Source of the DNA: Raillietiella orientalis
Lineage: Eukaryota
Direction of reading: 5' to 3'
Length of the DNA stretch: 64,000 bases
Assembly (NCBI GenBank): GCA_036172245.1
Contig: JAYWIR010000014.1
Span: 1,364,001-1,428,000, forward strand
Shown: piece by piece, positions 49,700-63,119 of the stretch
Layout of the letters: each line of letters begins with the position of its first letter
Numbering within the stretch: the first letter of the stretch is position 1
The notes under the pieces: generated by a model
Seen by the model: the letters and a program-made list of their open reading frames with translations, nothing else
The model's database searches: none
What the model was told of the DNA's origin: nothing
Position numbers and translations under genes: made by a program

Positions 49700-50850
49700 T
49701 TCGCCAGGAGGAATAAAAGCTTTAGAGATGTGCTGACGTCGGAGGGAAACTCGTTGATGGCTTCAAAACCAGATGGCTTGCAAGGCAGATGACCTGGATG
49801 ACCAGGAAGTCCCTTGGAGCTTGCTTGCACTGGCCATCTTCCCAACGGACATCAAGCGCGAGTCTGGAAATCGGCTTGAGTGAAAGCTGCGGAAATAGTA
49901 GAAGCTACGGAAAAGGGTAATTGGAGGATGATAGAGAAAAATCACTATGAGTCCTCGTTCCAGAATTATGCACAGAAATAGCTGCACCATGTCCGCTTTG
50001 TCCCCCTTGCGACTTCCCATTAGGTGAAAAAGGCTGATGGAAATGCTATTCTTTACGATTTCTGTGGGACTGTCTTCCTCGTCTCATGCAGTCGTGTAGG
50101 ATGCGTTCCCTATGAACAATTCTGGGACACGTGTTCCTGGATCCAGCTCTTGCTTGGCTTGCTGGACCATTCCTACCTGACTTTGATAGTGCGTTCACGG
50201 AGATCTAGTGCTCAGCCATGTCTAATCTTGGGAGCGAGACTCGAGCTTGGATACGAAACCCTGAAGAGGATTCGGACACTGAACTCACTTGGAGTCCCTC
50301 CCTGGAGCTCTCTCACGGGTGCCTTCCATATCACGAATGATGGTAAAAAATTACTGCTTGCGTGTATGGAAAGTGCAGAGTGCATCCGTGAAGCTCAAAG
50401 ACCGGGAGTTCTTTCGAAAGGTCGAGATTTGTTTCCAAGTGAAAAAGGTCCTTCCTTCCAGCAGTCTCTTCCTTCGTCTTCCCAGAACAATGGAAGAGCA
50501 GACATCCTCCAGTCCCTGACTTCAGAGAAGAGGCCTCAGAGTAAGTGACAGAAAGTAGACCCATCTTTGCACCAAAGGCATGATGGTGCCCTTTCGTTTC
50601 TCGCAGCAGCCGACAGCAGAGCCAGTCTCAGCATCCTCCCTCTCTTTTGCTACTTGCTACTTCCATTGGCGATAGACTTAGCCATTTCCACATCTGCAAA
50701 TCTCCGATAGCGTGGGTGACTCTGGAGAAACAGAGCCAGAGCTGCTTCCCTCTTTTGACCAGCTCTCATGCGCCTCTGCCCTGACCTGTCCAGCTAGGCT
50801 GACCTCGAGTCAACGAAAGAACTCCGTACCTTTCCGAAAAGTGATCCAAG
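49700..50850 (+). mobile_element. Decayed LINE ORF2 (linker plus RT N-half), CR1/L2-like
   Basis: WMTRKSL; SGN....**KLRKRV; FHITNDGKKLLL; RDLF...SFQQSL; SSFVFPEQWKS (~50468-50500); ESRPI; LEKQSQ. Confidence 0.72.
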
Positions 50851-52149
50851 ATGCATGAGAGGCTTCCCTGTCTACACAGAAAGCAGAGAACGACACGGAG
50901 GAATGGTCGAAAAAACAACACGAGAGGAAGATCCTGTTTCTCGTCCATACAATCCGGAACCTCGTTGGGAGCGTGCCTTCTAGTCCCGTCGCTCCTCGGG
51001 AGCGAAAATCAACGGCGACCTCACCCCTTCCCTTTGTGAACTTTGCGTCGCGCCCCTCTTCGTTTCTTGTTCTTTTCGCTCCAACCATTGTGAGACCGCG
51101 TGGTCGCCGAGCTAGTGCGCCGCAGAGGTGCTGGGCGTGAAGGTTTCATCAGGTGAGCTGCCGCCACTGCCTGCGCTCTCTTCCAAAAATACCGACGCCC
51201 AGCCGGCATTGCGCCTTCTCGGCGACTCAATAGGGAATTTGGGGTCCGGAGATGAGAGATGTAGAACAAGGTGCAGGAAGAAGCCTTTCTGCCTCTGCAA
51301 GTGGACGCCGTGGACCGGTGGACCTCCCCGGAGAACTACCCTTTAGCTCTAGGGTACAAGAGGGTCCCCTTGGGAATGCTCAGGGCGAAGGACGGCGCCG
51401 GGAGCGCACATGCTCGAACCTTGGAACGCATCGAGGAAGTTAGGCCGGGACTCCTGCCAGGTGGCGTCTCGGTGAGAGCAGCGAGGGGACTGTGCGAGCG
51501 TCGACGGCGCGATGGCAGGTCCTTCCCTTCCCAGACCCGGCGAGCGCGCGTCGCGTTCCCAGGAGCGCGGGGGCGTAGTCGTCTCCTCCCGTAGGAAGCC
51601 TCCCGACTTCCCGAGCCTTCCTGTTTCCTCTCGAACTTGTAATCCTGCATTCCTTCCTTTCCTTTGTTCGCCAGCAGCGAGCTTTCCCCCTTTTGGGATC
51701 ATCGCCCGCTTTGGGGACCTGGGACTCCTCGGGTCGCCACGTTGCTGCCAGATGCCGGCGGGAAGACGGACCCAGGTATTTATCTTCTTGCTTTTCCTTT
51801 TTTTTCCCCCCCTCTCTCTCTTTCTAGGGAGAACCTTGCTGCTTCGCTATGCAGCTTTCAGTTTCATCCTTTCTCACAGCCTCCGGAAGGCGGTTTTACG
51901 ATCGCTGCGCTCGGAAGCTTCAGGCGGCTGTCGCAAGCCCCTGCTCGTGCGCGCGCGCATCCCGCAAATGCGATGCCCCCCCCTCCCGCCCCCTGCTTCT
52001 TCCCCAGCGGATGGTCCGATCTGATACGCACACAGGCGCTCCGCTCACATGACCCGTCCCGGCTCCCTTGCGAAGAGAGGCCACGCTCCCTCCTCGACCC
52101 TCCACATCAGGTTACGAATGCCCTCTCCCTGCTCCCGGTAGCATTCCCC

Positions 52150-53850
52150 TCAGATTTGAGTCTCTCTGAGACTGTGTCAGAAGAACGAAGCCCCCAGACG
52201 GCGGCGATTTCGCCAAGGAATAGGGATCGGAGACTCCTGTCCTCTCCAAGGGAAGATCCATTGCTCCGCGTTTCCGCTGGGTACGCGGGAAATGCGAGGC
52301 AACGTGCTTGTTGCAGAAAAGAAGGAAGCTGTTGAAGTTGTAGGAATATAGCATGGGAAATGGAGGTGGGTCTGGAACCAATCTCACTCAGAAGATCAGC
52401 CCGTCGGTAGAGAAGTTGCATGTTCCAAATCACTCTGGGAAAGGAACGGTCACCAGGAAAATGTCCATCGCAACCGGCTGCCGAACCCCAGCTGTGGTGG
52501 TAGATCTCGACCTTCCTCAGGATACTGCTGCTCTTTCTTCCCGTTTCCGCAGCTGTTCCCTGAGCCTTGGTGATGGAAGGAACACCCCAGCAGTTCACAA
52601 ACAGAAGCTCCGAAGGATCGCTCCACATTCTCAGAAGTGGAACCGTGTCCATGGGAAGGGCACCCAGCCTTGACACCTGAAGGAGGAAAGGAGAGAGGAG
52701 GGGAGCAAAGTGCTGTTGCCTACGCCGCAGGCATCATCATCTTCGTTCCAATCTCCATGGATGGGAAAGGAACGAACCCTCCTGCGTAAAAAGGCAGTCC
52801 TTCCACTTCCAGCTGCTTCAGCTGGACGCGCGGGACACTAAACTTGGCGTTTCCAGCAACTTCGGACGATTTCTTCCTCTCCTCTTGCCCCGTCGCATCC
52901 CTCTGAACTACTCCCTCCTTCCACTGTCATCCCTCGAAGCATGAGGTCTCACATGGCCGGTGACATCACTCGAGGACACGGCTTCACACCATCTTTTTGT
53001 CCTTTAATCCTTGCAGACGTCCTTCGATGTCCTTAATCCTCTTCCTTCCTTCCCTTCTCCCGCTTGCAAAGTCTTCGGCCCAAAAGAGTTCCATCGCAGG
53101 AGATCCACAAAACTCCAAACACTCTGCCGGCTTCCCAGCATGATGTTGGAAAAGACAAAGTCAAAGCGGGTCAAAGAAAAGGAAAAGATCGGCAAAGACA
53201 CGGAGGAACCTGAGATCGGCCATCAGAAGCTTATGAGTTCAAATCAGCTTCCATGGTAGCTGGCGGATCTTTCGTCTGGAGATCTGGACCATGGAGAAGG
53301 ACGAAAAGGAGGTGCAGGAGCCTCTTGACTATATGCACTCCAGAAACTGCTTGGCTTACTCTCTGAAGAAATTTCAGCGCAACAAGAGGAGTCCAGCCAA
53401 TCATCCACATAGTGCAGAGTCCAGACTCATCGGATTCTGCTGTCCCGTTGCTCCCAATATCCGAGTGAAAATTGTCTTAATTCGCAGCAAAAGAATCAAC
53501 CTCACATCCCTTTCGAGGAGTCATGGCGAGTGAGGTTAGACGATGAAGACCTAGGAAGACATTCCGCTACCCATCCTCCACCAAAGAGAATTCAGCTCCC
53601 AGCAACCAAATTGAGGGATGCTGAACGAACTCGAGAGGAGGAGGCTTAAAGACATTCCGACCAGACGCGCACCGTGATGCTCTTTCCGTGGAGCTTCGAA
53701 CATGGAAGAGTAAGGTCCTTCCTGCCTCTCCGGCACAGAACCTATGCCGACCGACATGAGCGCATGGTTCCCTCTCCTTTCGGATCCGCTCATGGAAACG
53801 GGAACGCTCGATGGAAAAGTTTGCGTCGGCACTTTTATGACCCTAAGAGG
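52150..53850 (+). mobile_element. Decayed LINE ORF2 (RT to C-terminus), R1/I-like
   Basis: RSPQTAAISPR (cf. KSPGPDGISPR); AFP...RE...VL..K; AVVVDLDL; VAYAAGIIIF (~52714-52745, YADD position); SWTRGTLNLAF; CKVFGP; HGRVRSFL (~53700, cf. HG.F..YL). Confidence 0.65.
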
Positions 53851-56800
53851 GGCAATCAAGACGGATTTGAATTTCTGGTACGGCCGTTTTCAGAGGTCGG
53901 TGCTCCATTCTGCATCTACCGCTCTCCCTTTCCACGTTTCTTTCGTCCTTTGCTCTCGCCGTTTCGGTTCTCCTCTTTGTACATGAGAAGCCTCTCCTTT
54001 CGCGACGCTGTACGTAATTTCCCACCCACCCCTTTTCCTTTTTTTTTTTTTTTCCTGGTGCGCATGCACACGCTTGTGTTTTGCTGCCTAGTTGCGTGGA
54101 GATGGTTCTAAACCCCTCTTCATTCAAGTGCGCTGATGAGTCTACAAATCTTCTTCCGAGTAATGGATTGCTCTTTCATTTCTTTCTCGTGTCAGCATCA
54201 TAAATTTTCGCTATCTTCCAGAGACTGCGCTTCTATATGTTGAATCACTAAGAATTCTCTCCGAGGCGAGATTTAATGGATATCATCGTCTTCGCACAAT
54301 CCAGCTGCTCCGTCAATTTTTCCTGGATCGTAAATCTACCGGGAGTCGTCTTCTAGAACACTACAGCACGGAGATGTCCTTTCGTACCTCTCCTTTCTTG
54401 ACTTGCCGGCCTCCCGTGCATGCATTTCCATTCGCTGCGTTGCCAAATTCCGCGCGTGCGCTTTTGGCAGGCTACAGCTCCACCCCTTTCTGACGGCGGG
54501 GAGAGGAAGGCGAGGGGGGGGGGGTGATAGGGTGTGCTCTTTCGCCCCATGGTTTCCTCTTGCTCTGCCAGCCCTTGATGCACCTTGAGCCGTGACCTCG
54601 CGAGTGCTGGAAGACCCCACCTTGATATCGCTACAGATGCCTCACGAAACGTGCAGACGTCGATCTTCAGCGACACTCAAAGCAGGAAGGCCTCCAGGTC
54701 GCATCCTTGGTGAGCTTCAACAAAAAAGAAAAAAAGGAAAACTCTAAAGAGGAAGGGCTCCAGCAAATCCGAACTTGCTGATGAGGAAACATCTCTTCAT
54801 CAATCTTTCGGGGAGACCTGTCAGGATGGCTGTGAGGCAAATTGAGCACACATCTGCACATCCGAAAGAGGTGACAGGCATTTTTTTTTTTCTTTTTTTT
54901 TCAAAACAGGCATTTGCGGCTCGTGATCGGCTGCTGCGTGTACGAGAGCGGAGTTTCGTCGGCAACCGCAGTGAATGGCGTGAGCATCGTGCATTGCAGA
55001 ATCTACGACCGTGAGTTCGCCGATTGGGTCTCGGGGTCGGACCAGCACCAGAGCACGCCCTCCAGAACCACACTTCCTCCACGTTCCAGGGCCCAGGAAG
55101 CTATTGACCTAGAAACTCCCCCAGGCAGCATTCACTGTCAGAATCAGCTGGGAGGAGGGGGGGAAGTGAAAGAAAAGATCTGTTTTCCACCGGGCAGCAT
55201 CTGAACAGGAAGGACCATTTTTTTCTTCCTCTTGAGCTACGCTTTCGAACTCTGCTGATCCGACAGGAAGAGAAGAACGAGGAAGATACTGGACTTCATC
55301 TGTAGTCTGATCCAGTCGAACGAGAAGACATCTCCGGATGTTTGTTTCCCCTCCTTGGTTTCTCTATTCCTGGTGATTGAAATGTCCCGAAACCACGAAA
55401 TCCCTCTTTTTCCCTCTGCATTCAGGGTCGACATTGTGGGGAGGTTTTCTTTTTTATGTCGGGACGCTAAAAAGGCGCGAGTGTCCCTCCCTCCCTTTCC
55501 CTTTCCTCTCCCCCTCGATGGAGTCCCTGGCAACTTCATAAACTCCCGCAGGAACCATGGAAACCACCGATTCTTCAGCCACGCCACTCTTTTTGTCGGA
55601 AGAGGTTGAAAACACCCTCGGGCGGTGTTCTTCTCTTTGGTTTTGTTTCTTCTTCGTTCGTTTGATTGGGGTCTGTTTTGTCCCTGTGCTCCCGGAAAAG
55701 CCAAGGAAGAACCCACGTTTACCGGGGGCACCAGGGATTCAACCGGGTGCTTCCCCAGTAAACGTCGTGTTTCGTCGCTCCTCGAGAATCCGGGAACGGC
55801 CGCATCTTTCGAAACCATCCCGCCCTTCCTTTTTTCAGTCCCCTCCACCTCCATGGGAAAGCTGCGGTCCTGAGCGTGGAAGCCTCGTCCGGGAGCTCGT
55901 TCTCGAGAAGATGCCTTCTGAGGCTGCGGCCCCTCCCGAAAGATCTCCGGAAGGTGAAATCTCGTGCCCTGGAGCAACCCAAGTCTTTCCTCAAAGGACG
56001 AACTGTAGGGTCGTCGCCTTTCTTTTGCCTCCCCTCCTTCCTGCCTTTTCTTCCTGCCTCGGGTTCGCACGCGTGACTGGGCAACAAAAGCGTTTCCAGA
56101 GACTGGCGTACCAGCAGCGACTGAGCCGCTCCACCGCAGAGCTCCTTCCAGCTGCCCCTCTTTTATTTTTTTATCTTGGGGAGGAGGGAGGTCGTCATGG
56201 TGTTTCCTCCGCACCCCTTTGACCCAAGAATGTGGCGCGCGGACCATTCGTCACCGGCATCGCGACCATCAATCACTCCCGCGCACCCGAGCCGTCAGCT
56301 TCTCCCGTGCTCTCCGATTCGATCCAGGGACCAGGAACAAAAGAGGAAGAGTAGAGCGAAAACGGGAAGGCGGGAAGAGTCCGTCCCGCTGTGCTCTTCC
56401 TGGAGAGAGCGAAGAAGTCGCTTCGTCCCCAGGTCGTCGAGTGCCTAACCAGAGCCAGAGCTTCGATCCCCGACGCTTTGGATCGCATCGTTCCGGACAC
56501 CAAAGACGTGAAACAACAGGAGGAAACAAGAATCCTGGAAGCCCGCGGAAGGTTTCCCGACCTCTGGATGGGTAAACTCCGTTCCTCTCCCGCACTTCCG
56601 TGCTGCAGGGAAGACCTGACTCACCCACCTTCACCAGGCGACTTACCCTCCCACGGATTACCACCGTCGCGTGGTACCTCTCCCACGTACAGAGGTTTCC
56701 CTTCATCTTCCTTCTTCGAGTGGTGCAGGTATCCCTCGATCCAGCCGCCCGCACCAAACTGGGGGGAAAAGATAAGCGAAATGGCCCCTTCCTGCAGACG

Positions 56801-57029
56801 AGAGTACGAGGGTTCCTTGTGTCCCCGTCATCTTCCCTTCTAGGAAAGGGGTAGGCACCCTGTGTCCCTACCCTCCATCTTCCTTCCTGCTCCTGGAATA
56901 ATTAAGTATGGGGAGCTCGGAAGTGCTTCCATGATTCCCTTCCAGCAGAGCCAAGAGGATCGCCCGCTCTTGCTCCTGCGCGTTGGCCGAAGCACTGCTG
57001 CAGTTCCCACGCCCGGATGACCTGCGCAG

Positions 57030-57300
57030 GCGCAAGTCAGCAGTCGAGAGAAAAGAAAATCAATCCCCTGGAAGCAAAGCCCTCTCGGATGCTCGCATGC
57101 TTCTTTCGCAGGAAGTGGAAGTTTCCGGGAACAGTTGTAACGTCCTGGAACACTCTCGCCATCTTGCGAGAAACCGAAAGCGACGACCTGGTCGCTCGCT
57201 TTCAATCATCTCTTCTGGTCCTTCCAGCTGCGCCGCTCCCGAACTGTTCCCTTTTTCCCCGATCTCGCACGACCGCGGGTGGATCCCGCAGTTCCCTGAT
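57030..57300 (-). mobile_element. Possible hAT transposase C-terminal dimerisation domain relic
   Basis: FLARWRECSRTLQLFPETSTSCERSMR resembles L.WW.ENS....L.....P.TS.SCERSFS. Confidence 0.35.
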
Positions 57301-57699
57301 GAGCTGGTGGTCTCTCAGCTGCTCCTACATAACCAGAGGCACATCATATGCTGGATGCGCCGGCTTCACTGTTTCTCAGCCAGCTCTGGGAGGGCTCACT
57401 TTCATTCAGTTCGCGGCTGTTGAGAAAAAGGAGATGATCTAAGGGAAGACATAGGGCGCCCTTCCCACTCGCTCCTGTTTCCTGGGAAGTTTTCAAGAAT
57501 CCGGGGGGCGACGCGCCGCGGGGGAGGGTGACGCGACAGTGAGCGACAGCACCTGCTGCTTTCGATCCGGTGGCAGCTCCGCAGGTGAGCGGAGGTCCAC
57601 ACGTGGGAAGAGGACGATGAGGTCTCTCTTCCTTTAAATGGAGCCATCGTGAGTCCAGTCTCTCCCGCTGCCCCTGCTAGGGTGCCCTGTGTTAACTGG

Positions 57700-58300
57700 A
57701 GGAGGAATCATCGGCCGTCTCTTTTCCGATTCGGCGCCAGCGGAAGTCATGAGCAGCGTCCGGGCGCGCCATCGAACGGACCAGGGAAGATCCGGGTGGC
57801 TTCGCTGCGTCCTTGAAGGAGGCAGGCATCACATGTCGGACGGTGACCCTGAGTGGACGCTCCTGTCTTTGAAGCGTCATCTTTCGGACTAGAGTCGTTC
57901 GGACTAGCGTACCGAAAGAGTTCCGCTCTGGCCTTGCGAGCTCCATCGGGTCCTCTCCCAGAAGGCAAGGCGTAGATGACTGGCTCCCTATCTTCTTCCT
58001 GTTGATTCTTCAGGAGCCTGCACGCGTCCCGGAGCCTTCCAGGCACGAGGGACCTTGGAGAGCGCCTGCCGAGGGATCACGTGATAGCCCGAAGGAATGA
58101 CGGATGGGCGGAGGGCGGCGCCGTATCCAGGCATCCCTTGTGAGAAACGTGAGCACGTGTGCGCACATTCTGGGACCCTGCTTTCTATTCCCGAAGGTTC
58201 CACCACTCCGCTGAAGCAAAGTGCCGGACCAGGTTCCTTCACCCCTCCCTTCATCCTCCTCTTCCCTCCCTCCCACTCGCACATGAACTCCCATTCCTTG
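57700..58300 (-). mobile_element. Decayed LINE RT fragment (R1-like)
   Basis: PSGIESRV; SKVPRAWK (~58060-58035); LLK....DREPVIY (cf. LLK..DKD..EPKSYRPI); SER*RFKDRS (cf. SERQYGFR.GRS). Confidence 0.55.
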
Positions 58301-59780
58301 CGCATGCTGGGCTCCAGCGGCTCCTTGGCAGCCTCACGGGAGGATGTCCCCTGTGGGTTCTCTCCCTGGACACTTCCCATTTGCAGATCCTATCGCTGCG
58401 ACCCACCGGAGACGTCGTGAAAAAGCAATCCAGACAGCGAGCCCTTGGCAAACGCGAGCCAAGGGGCAACGGAGCTCCTCTGACGTTCTTCCCGTAATCC
58501 CACATTTCTCCCGCTTCACCTCGAGCGACAGTGAGCTGAAGGGAACGAGGTGGGGGGAAGTTTTCCAGGGAACGCGCCCTCGGGCTGCTTGGCTTGGCTG
58601 ATCCTCGCCTGTTTGCTGGCTGGCGCTGCAGTTGCCCGGTCGCGAGAGCGCACTAGTTCTGAGTCATCGACGCGCATGCGCCAAGGCAGCGCGAGTGGCT
58701 GCTCGGAGATCTCGGAGGGAGCGAGGAAGGAGAGGGAGGAAAGGGGAGGAGGAGAGGAAGAAGAAGCAAAAGTCGCCACGCCCCACGCAGCAGCGATCTC
58801 TGCTTATCAGCTGCTGCCGGCGTACGCGGAGGCGCAGCAGGCGGGCGCTCACTCCCACGCCTGGAGAGAGAGTCAGGGGAAAGAGGGGTAGGGGGAAGGC
58901 ACAGCCGCAACCTTTCCTCGAAACACGCCCACTCCACTACCCTGCGGGGTTCGCTTTTTACCTTCCACCCGGAGGGAAACTCCCGTCACCCGAAAGCTTC
59001 CCTGCCGAAAAGGCGTCGCCGGGACCGATTCTTCAGGAGGCAAGGGGACGGCCAGCCTCGCGCGCGACCACCAGCGCTCCAAGTGGCCGGGTGGAGGTAC
59101 GCCGGAGAGAAGAGGAAGGAAGGGGAAAGACGAACCGAACTAGAAGTCACCCCCCTCCTTCCTCCACCTTTCCCGGAACCGCCTTCGAAGGCGAGGGTGC
59201 TCTCTCTCGCAGTCTCCCGCAATTTCGATGCTTCCCGGATATCGGAAAGGAGGGGACGCCGCTCGCCGACTGGGGCTGGGGAAAGGGGAGGAGCGCGTGT
59301 GGGAGAGGAAATTGCGAGGTGGAGGATTCTGCCTTCCTCCGGCGTCCTTCCCAGGTTGCTGGGCAAGTAATGAGGGCCCTCTTCCGGCTGCGGAGGGAAT
59401 TTCGCCTTGGGAAAGGAGAAAGGGCGAGAGGAAAAAAGAAAAAAAAAAGGGATTCGAAGGTGCAGAAGATACAGGATCTCTTTGGTTTCCCTCCCCCGTC
59501 CCTCCGCATCCGCCCTCAAAGCATCTCGCCCCGCATCCGGTGGAGATGGAGCGGACTCTAAGGCGAGGTGCCGGTCACGGTCGGTGGTCACCCCGCGACC
59601 TGTTCCTCCCTCAGCCGGCTTCCTTTTTTCCTCGCCCGCTCTCCCCCTCCCCGCATCCATTCGAAACGTCCTCACGTCCTCCGGGTGCGAGCCCTGGAAT
59701 CGGAAGAGAAAGGATGTCGAGTCTCGGCCGCTTTCTTCTGGAGGAAAGTGGAAGGGCGCCTTCCCCGTAGCCTCCGCCGC

Positions 59781-59870
59781 CGTCTTCTGGCGGGGGTCAA
59801 CCTCCATCCTCCTCGTCGCCGCGACCCTCGCTCTTCCCCACCCCCTTCGCGGGTGCATGAGGGTTCCCTC
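59781..59870 (+). repeat. ~90-bp diverged direct repeat, copy 1
   Basis: TTCTGG..GGGTCAA.CTCCATCCTCCTC.TC.CCG.GACCCTCGC.CT..CCC.CCCCCTT..CGGGTGCA.GA is shared with 62061-62150. Confidence 0.85.
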
Positions 59871-60699
59871 CATTTCTTCTGGAGCTGCTCTTCGTAGCCG
59901 GGGGCTAAGCTGTGGACAGGATCTGTCCCCATCGGGAATCCCCCCTCCAGGCTTCTGGGCCCCCGACACTTCCCACAGCACCGTTTCCGAGGTCGAGCCC
60001 GGAAACGCCACCCGCTCCTCGCGAGGCGTCTCAGAGGAGGCCCCTGGCGCCTCCACCGCGCTACCCTGCCTGTCTTTCTTCCGTGTTTTCCTGCACGTCT
60101 GGACCGACCCTGAGGCGGGCTGAGAGAAGGGACGTGAAAGCCCTCGGCGCTTTACCACGCGACCATCAGAGGACAGCGATGGGGGGGGGCTCTCCGGCAG
60201 CCCTCCCTCGCCTCTGCGGATATCGGCTAGCTGCTCTTATGTCCCTCCCTCTTTCCGGCCTTTCCTTCCCCTTCGACCCTCTGCTAGTCCTCCTTTCTCC
60301 GCACCCGACCAGCAGAGGATTCAGAGGGCAATGGGAGGGCATCGTCCAAGTGATGCCTCTCCCTGGAGAAAGCGGAAGGAGGGACACACGGAGATAGGGG
60401 TCGAAGAAAGCGTCTCGTACAGAGGAATCGCGGAGAACCTTCGTTTAAGTGCGCAGAACGCTCTCAAGGAAAAGGGACGCCTCCAGGATCAAGGCTTGCC
60501 CCGGATGCTCTCTCCTGGGGGTAAGGGAAGTAGGCAATGAATGGGAGTATCTCTGTGCGTAGGGGTTCAGGGGAAGGAGGGTAACTAGTCAGACGAGAGT
60601 CCCGCTCCCAGCTCCGGGACGCAGGGTCGAAGATGAAGGCGGCAGCATGGGCGAGCGGGAAGGAAAGGACAAAGACGGGAAGGGGAGCGGAAGCGAAGG

Positions 60700-61250
60700 G
60701 TCTCCGAAACCCTCCCCTTTCTGTCCCGGGAGAGTGGATGGAGCAAAGTACTTCAGTGCTCCTTTCAGTGGCCTCCAGCTCCCCGCCTCTGGATGCTGGA
60801 AGAAAGCGCAGAGAGGAGGATGGAAAAAGGGATTCAAGCCACCCATACAAGGAGAGGCTGGACAGTGTCGAGACCATTCTGCTGCTGCATTGATGGTGCA
60901 TGCCTCCCAAGCAGGGGTGCTCCTAGGCCGGGGCTGTCCTTTTGCTTCGAGGGGAGGGAACCCTCTTTCCCTTCCCTTCCACCTCTCGTCCCCACGGGGA
61001 GCAGGAGTGCACGTCCTCCGCACGGTGGCTGGCAGTGCTCTGAGTCGGTCATCTCCCCCGGAACGCAAGGTCTCTTCAGCCTTGGGGCAACCGGACCCAG
61101 GACTGACGCAGTGGTAAGGGGCGCTTTGTCGTCGATGCTCCGTAAACTGCGAGACGGTGTCTTTCCGCAGAGCTGTGACCCGTGGAATCCATGGAGATCA
61201 CCTTGCGGATGCATCGCCAGCCAGCACCTCCATGTGGATGCCCGTTTCCC
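60700..61250 (+). mobile_element. Possible LINE RT fragment (R1-like)
   Basis: CPGRVDG; CWKKA; SRPFCCCID (cf. YRPICLLD); FSLG....TDAV (cf. GFR.GRST.DA). Confidence 0.35.
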
Positions 61251-62060
61251 TTCCTCTCCCTCAAGAAGGAGCTGGAAGGAGGAGGAAGAAAGAAAACGAA
61301 CCAGTGTCTCTTCCTCACCCTCCACGCTCCGATGCCACCGGAGGCGCGGAGTGTCTCCGGAATTCTCTGAGGGAGAGAAAGGGTCCACCCGGGAACGGCA
61401 GAGCCACTCGGAGGCGCAATGCGCTGCGTCTGCAGGTGCGCGACTTAGTAGTCTCAGATGGGAGCTCCATGACAACCTCACCAGGGCGGGGCGGAGGGGA
61501 GAGGAAGGAGGAGAAAAAAAGAAAGAAAGAAAGCGAGAGCGGAAATGGGCGCGCGCGCGCGGGCGCAAGCGCAGGCGCAAGCGGCGAACAAAACAAACAA
61601 GCAGGGAGGGAAAGAGAAACAAAACGCAGCGGAAGGAGAGCGAAAGAGGAAAAGAGCGCGCGGCTCCCCTGTGACTGCAGCAGGGGATGATGGCGAGCTC
61701 CTCGGCAGAGCGCGCGCTAAGTCACCCGGCACCTCGCCGCTGGGACCGCCCGCGCACAGAGATCGAGGGAGAAAAGAGAAAAAAATTAAAAAAAAGGGTT
61801 TTCTGCCTCCTCCTCCTCCTCCTCCACACCCTCCGGACGCCGACCACTGATTTTCGACGATCGCCGGCGGTCATCGATGAGGCAGAGTCACCCATAGTTG
61901 AGTGTTTCGAGAACCACACCCATCTTCCTCTCCGTATCGTATGCTGCGGTTGCACCAACGTGAGAGGGCGCCCTGCAGCACCCCGAGGGCAAGGAACGCG
62001 GGACCGCTACGAGGGACAGCTCGCCACCACAGGCCTGCGACCAAAGAGGCGACGGCGGTA

Positions 62061-62150
62061 GCGCGTTCTGGGGAGGGTCAATCTCCATCCTCCTCATCCC
62101 CGTGACCCTCGCGCTCTCCCCTCCCCCCTTTACGGGTGCACGATGATCCT
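62061..62150 (+). repeat. ~90-bp diverged direct repeat, copy 2
   Basis: Homologous to 59781-59870. Confidence 0.85.
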
Positions 62151-63119
62151 CCGGAACCCCTCCCCTCCCTCCCTTCAGGAGCGATGCTCCTCGCTTCCAC
62201 CCTCAGTCTTCACCCTCCTCCACGACTTCGTCCTCGCTTTTCTCGGATGCGGAGTCGCGGCCTGCGTGACGCCCTTTCCTTGGCGCTCGTCCTCCGGCCG
62301 CGGCACCTTTGTCATGAGCTCTTCTTCCCTTCCTCCTCCCCTTCTCCTCCTCCCTCTCTTCCTTCCCGTGTGGACGCGTGCGGCGGCGGCGCCCAGCTTT
62401 GCCCGCGCGCTCGGGCGACGGGGTCGGCTCCCGCCGGGCGCCTCCCATCCCTTCCCCGCTTTTCCCGGTAGGCGCCGCGGAAGTTCCTCCTCCTCATCCC
62501 TCAATTAAGTTCCCATTGTGAGGATGATTTAGTCCCGCGTGTCAACAAACAACCGCGACAGCTGGGATGAGTGCTCCCGGGAGATTTGCATAGCGACCGG
62601 CCGGACCGGGATGGGGTCCTCTGCGATGCACAAAGGGAGTCCCCGAAGAAAACAAAACGCGCTCGCGCCCGGGAACAAAAGGGAGAGGAGGAAAGCCGCA
62701 CGCCTTCCTACCCCGGCGGTTTTTTCGAGCGCGCTCGGAGGGTGCGAGCAGCGCGCGCCCAAGGGCTGCTTCCCTTTCCTGCCTCCGGGAGTTCCTCTGG
62801 TGGAGCCAGTCCTGTAGCGCGCTCTCAGGAAGCCCCAGGAGTAGGGTGTCTTCATCTCATCCCAGGTCCATGTTCCTGTTCTAAGCCTCTCGGGGCTAGG
62901 AGCGACCGAATGCCTTCTTCCTCCCTCCGCCCCTTACGGCAGATTCCCTCTGCCTTTTATACGCACCCCGGTGAGCCTTCCTAAGGCCCCTTCAGCAGCA
63001 GAAACAAGGATGCTACCTCACTCCTCCCTTGCTCTCCCTTGTCTTCCCTGTTACCCCCGCATCCCGTGGGATCGTCAGCCTTCCTCTGAGTCTCCGGACC
63101 CCTAGTCCCTTGAGTCCCA

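Noticed and set aside
58986..60158. Longest ORF (390 aa) and other 200-340 aa ORFs in GC-rich blocks (26035-26988, 55237-56247, 58632-59561, 60793-61674, 17397-18242)
   Set aside because: R/G/P/S-rich translations with no domain motifs, overlapping ORFs in several frames, and they run through homopolymers and repeats. This is expected from stop-codon scarcity in GC-rich DNA.
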